DNA of 64,000 nt from Lama guanicoe (lineage: Eukaryota). The translations under genes were made by a program, and so were the position numbers. Location of the stretch: positions 4,049,229 through 4,113,228 of the forward strand of contig MU053379.1 in NCBI GenBank assembly GCA_013239625.1, given 5' to 3'. The notes under the pieces were generated by a model. It was not told the origin of the DNA, did no database searches, and saw only the letters and a program-made list of their open reading frames with translations. Shown here one piece after another: positions 61,526 to 64,000 of this stretch (the first letter of the stretch is position 1; each line of letters begins with the position of its first letter).

Positions 61526-63735
61526 AAAGACTGCAAATCAGCTGAAACAGTTTACTTATCAAAACCGGCAGCTCACTCATCAAGACTTGCTTCAAGAGCT
61601 TCCGTCTCGTGGGGCTCACCGACCCAAGGCTGTCGGGTCATAAACTCCACCCAGCCCTTAGAGCCGCCGGGGTGGACCCTGACTTCCGCGCTCTGAGGTG
61701 CTGCTAAGGCGAGCAGGGCGGGGCCCTCTGGTCCTGCAGTCCCTCTAACACACTGGGTTTTGCTTCCTCAAACGGCTGTTCAGGGCTCTTCTAGGAAGCG
61801 GAGCGTCACGAGGCCGAGGAGGGGACGAGGGGATTCAATCTCCTCTGTCAGAGGGTCTTAGCGTTTTCCCCTTCGACACAGTTGCTTCTCAGGTAGGTAC
61901 TCAGCTGAGTCAGAGTCCGCCTCCCACCAGGGCATTTCTGGTTCTCCCTCTCCTGCCCAAACGGCGGCTGCGGATGGCGTGGGCTTCGGATGCAGGGCAG
62001 GCAAGATGCTCTTCAGAAAAGGGAGCAGCTTTTGGTCCTCTGCATCCTTGCAGGCCCCAGGCGGTGTTGCTGACCAAGCCTGCAACTCAGCGACCCTGGT
62101 CTTACCTCCGCTTGTGCAGGCTGAGCGGCGAACCCTCTCCAACCCCATGGGTTTCTCTGAGTTCCGGCCTTCATGGGGAATTTGGTCTGCAGCCGAGGTA
62201 CTGAGCTCGGCTGGCGGGGATTTTGTCCCCTCTCCTTTCCCAGTGTCACCTGCGTCCTGGTCCGAAGGCTCCAGCCGTCGGCGCCTGCTTCTTCTCTTCC
62301 TCATTCAGACATGTTACCCATGACGAACCCCTCACTCCTTTAACTTCTCGGGCTCTGCTCGCCGGAGGTCACAGCAGCTCAGTCCCCAGTCAGCGGGGCC
62401 ATGACGGAGAGTGGCCGAGGCTGAATACAACTCGGGAGAGAGCAGGTGAAGTGTCCACAGGGCTTGCTTTCACGTTATATTCACACCCAAGCATATGCGA
62501 TCTGCTCTCGTAAGAAATAACAAAAAAAGCCATGCTTGAAGTTTCCTTTTGCCCTCCAGGTGGAATTCCTGCCTTTCTCCATCCTGCTCTGCTTGGGAGC
62601 CTGGTCCTTGTCCACGGCATCTTCCAGCTGGGCTCAGCCAATGGGAATCACCAGCAGGAGATGGGAGGCCGGAGACGGTGAGACTGGGGGATAACCTCCC
62701 CAGCCAGGTCCCCCTGTGTCACCGTGGGTTGTTGGCGCCCCTCTGCTGAGGCCTCAGCTCCCATCAGTAGGTTCAGGTACCGGCTTGCTCTGCTGGCCCC
62801 ACTGGGCGCAGGGGCTAGAAGAGCCCCCCGTGGCTGGCCCTGGTCCCAGCGCCCTTTCTGCATGCTGCGCGCAGCTGGGAGTGCTCGCCAGGTCCCCCGC
62901 TGCCCAGAGCAGAGGCCGCGTGCGGTTTCACGGAGTTACCCAGGTTCACTTGGCACAAGGTCGTTAATTTTATCAAGAAACTTTTAAACCTTTAGTTTCA
63001 AGATCCTACTATCTTTCCAAACACAGAGAAGGAAAAACATGAATAAAAGCACTTCTGTTGTATAAATGTGTTGAGGAAACTACTAAAATGAAGTCCATTT
63101 CAACTTTATTATGGACCCATTTCCGTCATTACCGTAATGATTAACACAGAAGCTGTCAGAGCTGGAGTGCAGGAGAGCGCGGCACGCTCCGTGACACGCA
63201 AGGTCCCGTCCAGATGGGAAGTCTCTCAGGACTGACGAGCGGGGCCCTTCTGGGTCACGGAATCATTTTCTGCCCTTGACAAGTGTCTCCACCCCAAAGG
63301 GGACCCTGGTTTCCCCCCGACATTGAAGGGTGACTTGAGCAAAGTCACTTAAGACAGTTTCTAAAACTCTATTTCTTTGTTTTTTCGTGTTTCTTTATTT
63401 TTCGACTTGTCCATTGCAAAGTTAAGAAAACTTTGAACTCCCTCCTCAGACACAGCATGAACATGCCCGTCCTCACAAAATATGGTCACCGCCTCAGAGG
63501 ACTGTGGGAAAGCTTGTCCCCGCAGTTCCTGGCCCTCAAGTCAGGACCTTCTGAGCTGGGCAGAGACATGTAAGAACACAGCAAGGCCTTTAGAGACCTG
63601 GGTCCGGGGGGCCACAGGCTTGTGGAGACACCCCACACGCAAGCACACCCACCGCTCAGCGTCAGAAGGGGGGCCGCCAGCCTGGAGGCTGGTCACGGCA
63701 ACGGGAGGTGAGTGACACGCAGATGGAAGTACACC

Positions 63736-63909
63736 TGTGTGTGCGTGTGTGTGTGTATGTGTGTGTTTGTGTATGTATGTGTACATTGTACACTTGTGTG
63801 CGCGCATATGTATGTGTGTCCTTCTGTGATGTGTGTGTGCATGTGTGTACACTTGTGAGTATGTGTATATGTGTGTGTGCGTGTGCACAGGCACACACGC
63901 ACACACACA
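63736..63909. repeat. Imperfect (TG)n microsatellite ending in (CA)n
   Basis: Long alternating purine-pyrimidine tract; source of the HTHT and CVCV ORFs. Confidence 0.9.
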
Positions 63910-64000
63910 AATGTCATTTTAAGTAAATGTTTCCAAGAAATATGTTCTTGTCTCAGATTTGCTGTTTGCAATTAGTAAAATCCAGTCCCAGATCGTCTAG

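Noticed and set aside
1..64000. Prokaryotic-type systems (CRISPR array, operons, defence or phage genes)
   Set aside because: The sequence is mammalian and repeat-laden; there is no repeat-spacer array and no gene-dense coding structure.

Overview
This is mammalian genomic DNA, not microbial. The tRNA-derived SINEs (tail ...AAATAAACCTAATTACC...) and young L1 3' ends resemble camelid elements (alpaca/camel/llama; inferred from memory of repeat families). The window is GC- and CpG-rich, typical of a subtelomeric or high-recombination region. It holds four CpG islands (~8.6-9.45, ~17.9-18.45, ~37.0-38.3 and ~55.3-56.2 kb, the last broken by a 317-N gap), many transposon remnants (L1, SINE, ERV LTRs, Tigger/MER DNA transposons, MIR, L2), several CTCF-type motifs and three AT-rich, motif-dense blocks that look like developmental enhancers. 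I recognise no intact protein-coding gene; the ORF track is explained by GC richness, repeats and the gap. The best leads are a chain of small minus-strand exon candidates at 10.2-16.4 kb and plus-strand candidates at 20.9-26.1 kb on either side of the 18-kb island, candidate alternative first exons of a minus-strand gene leaving the left edge, a near-identical 88-bp duplication of a MIR-like fragment, a nested L1-in-L1 insertion with a target-site duplication (TSD), and apparent AT-to-GC drift of old repeats. I found no convincing novel biological system. Repeat subfamily names come from recalled consensus sequences and need RepeatMasker/Dfam confirmation.
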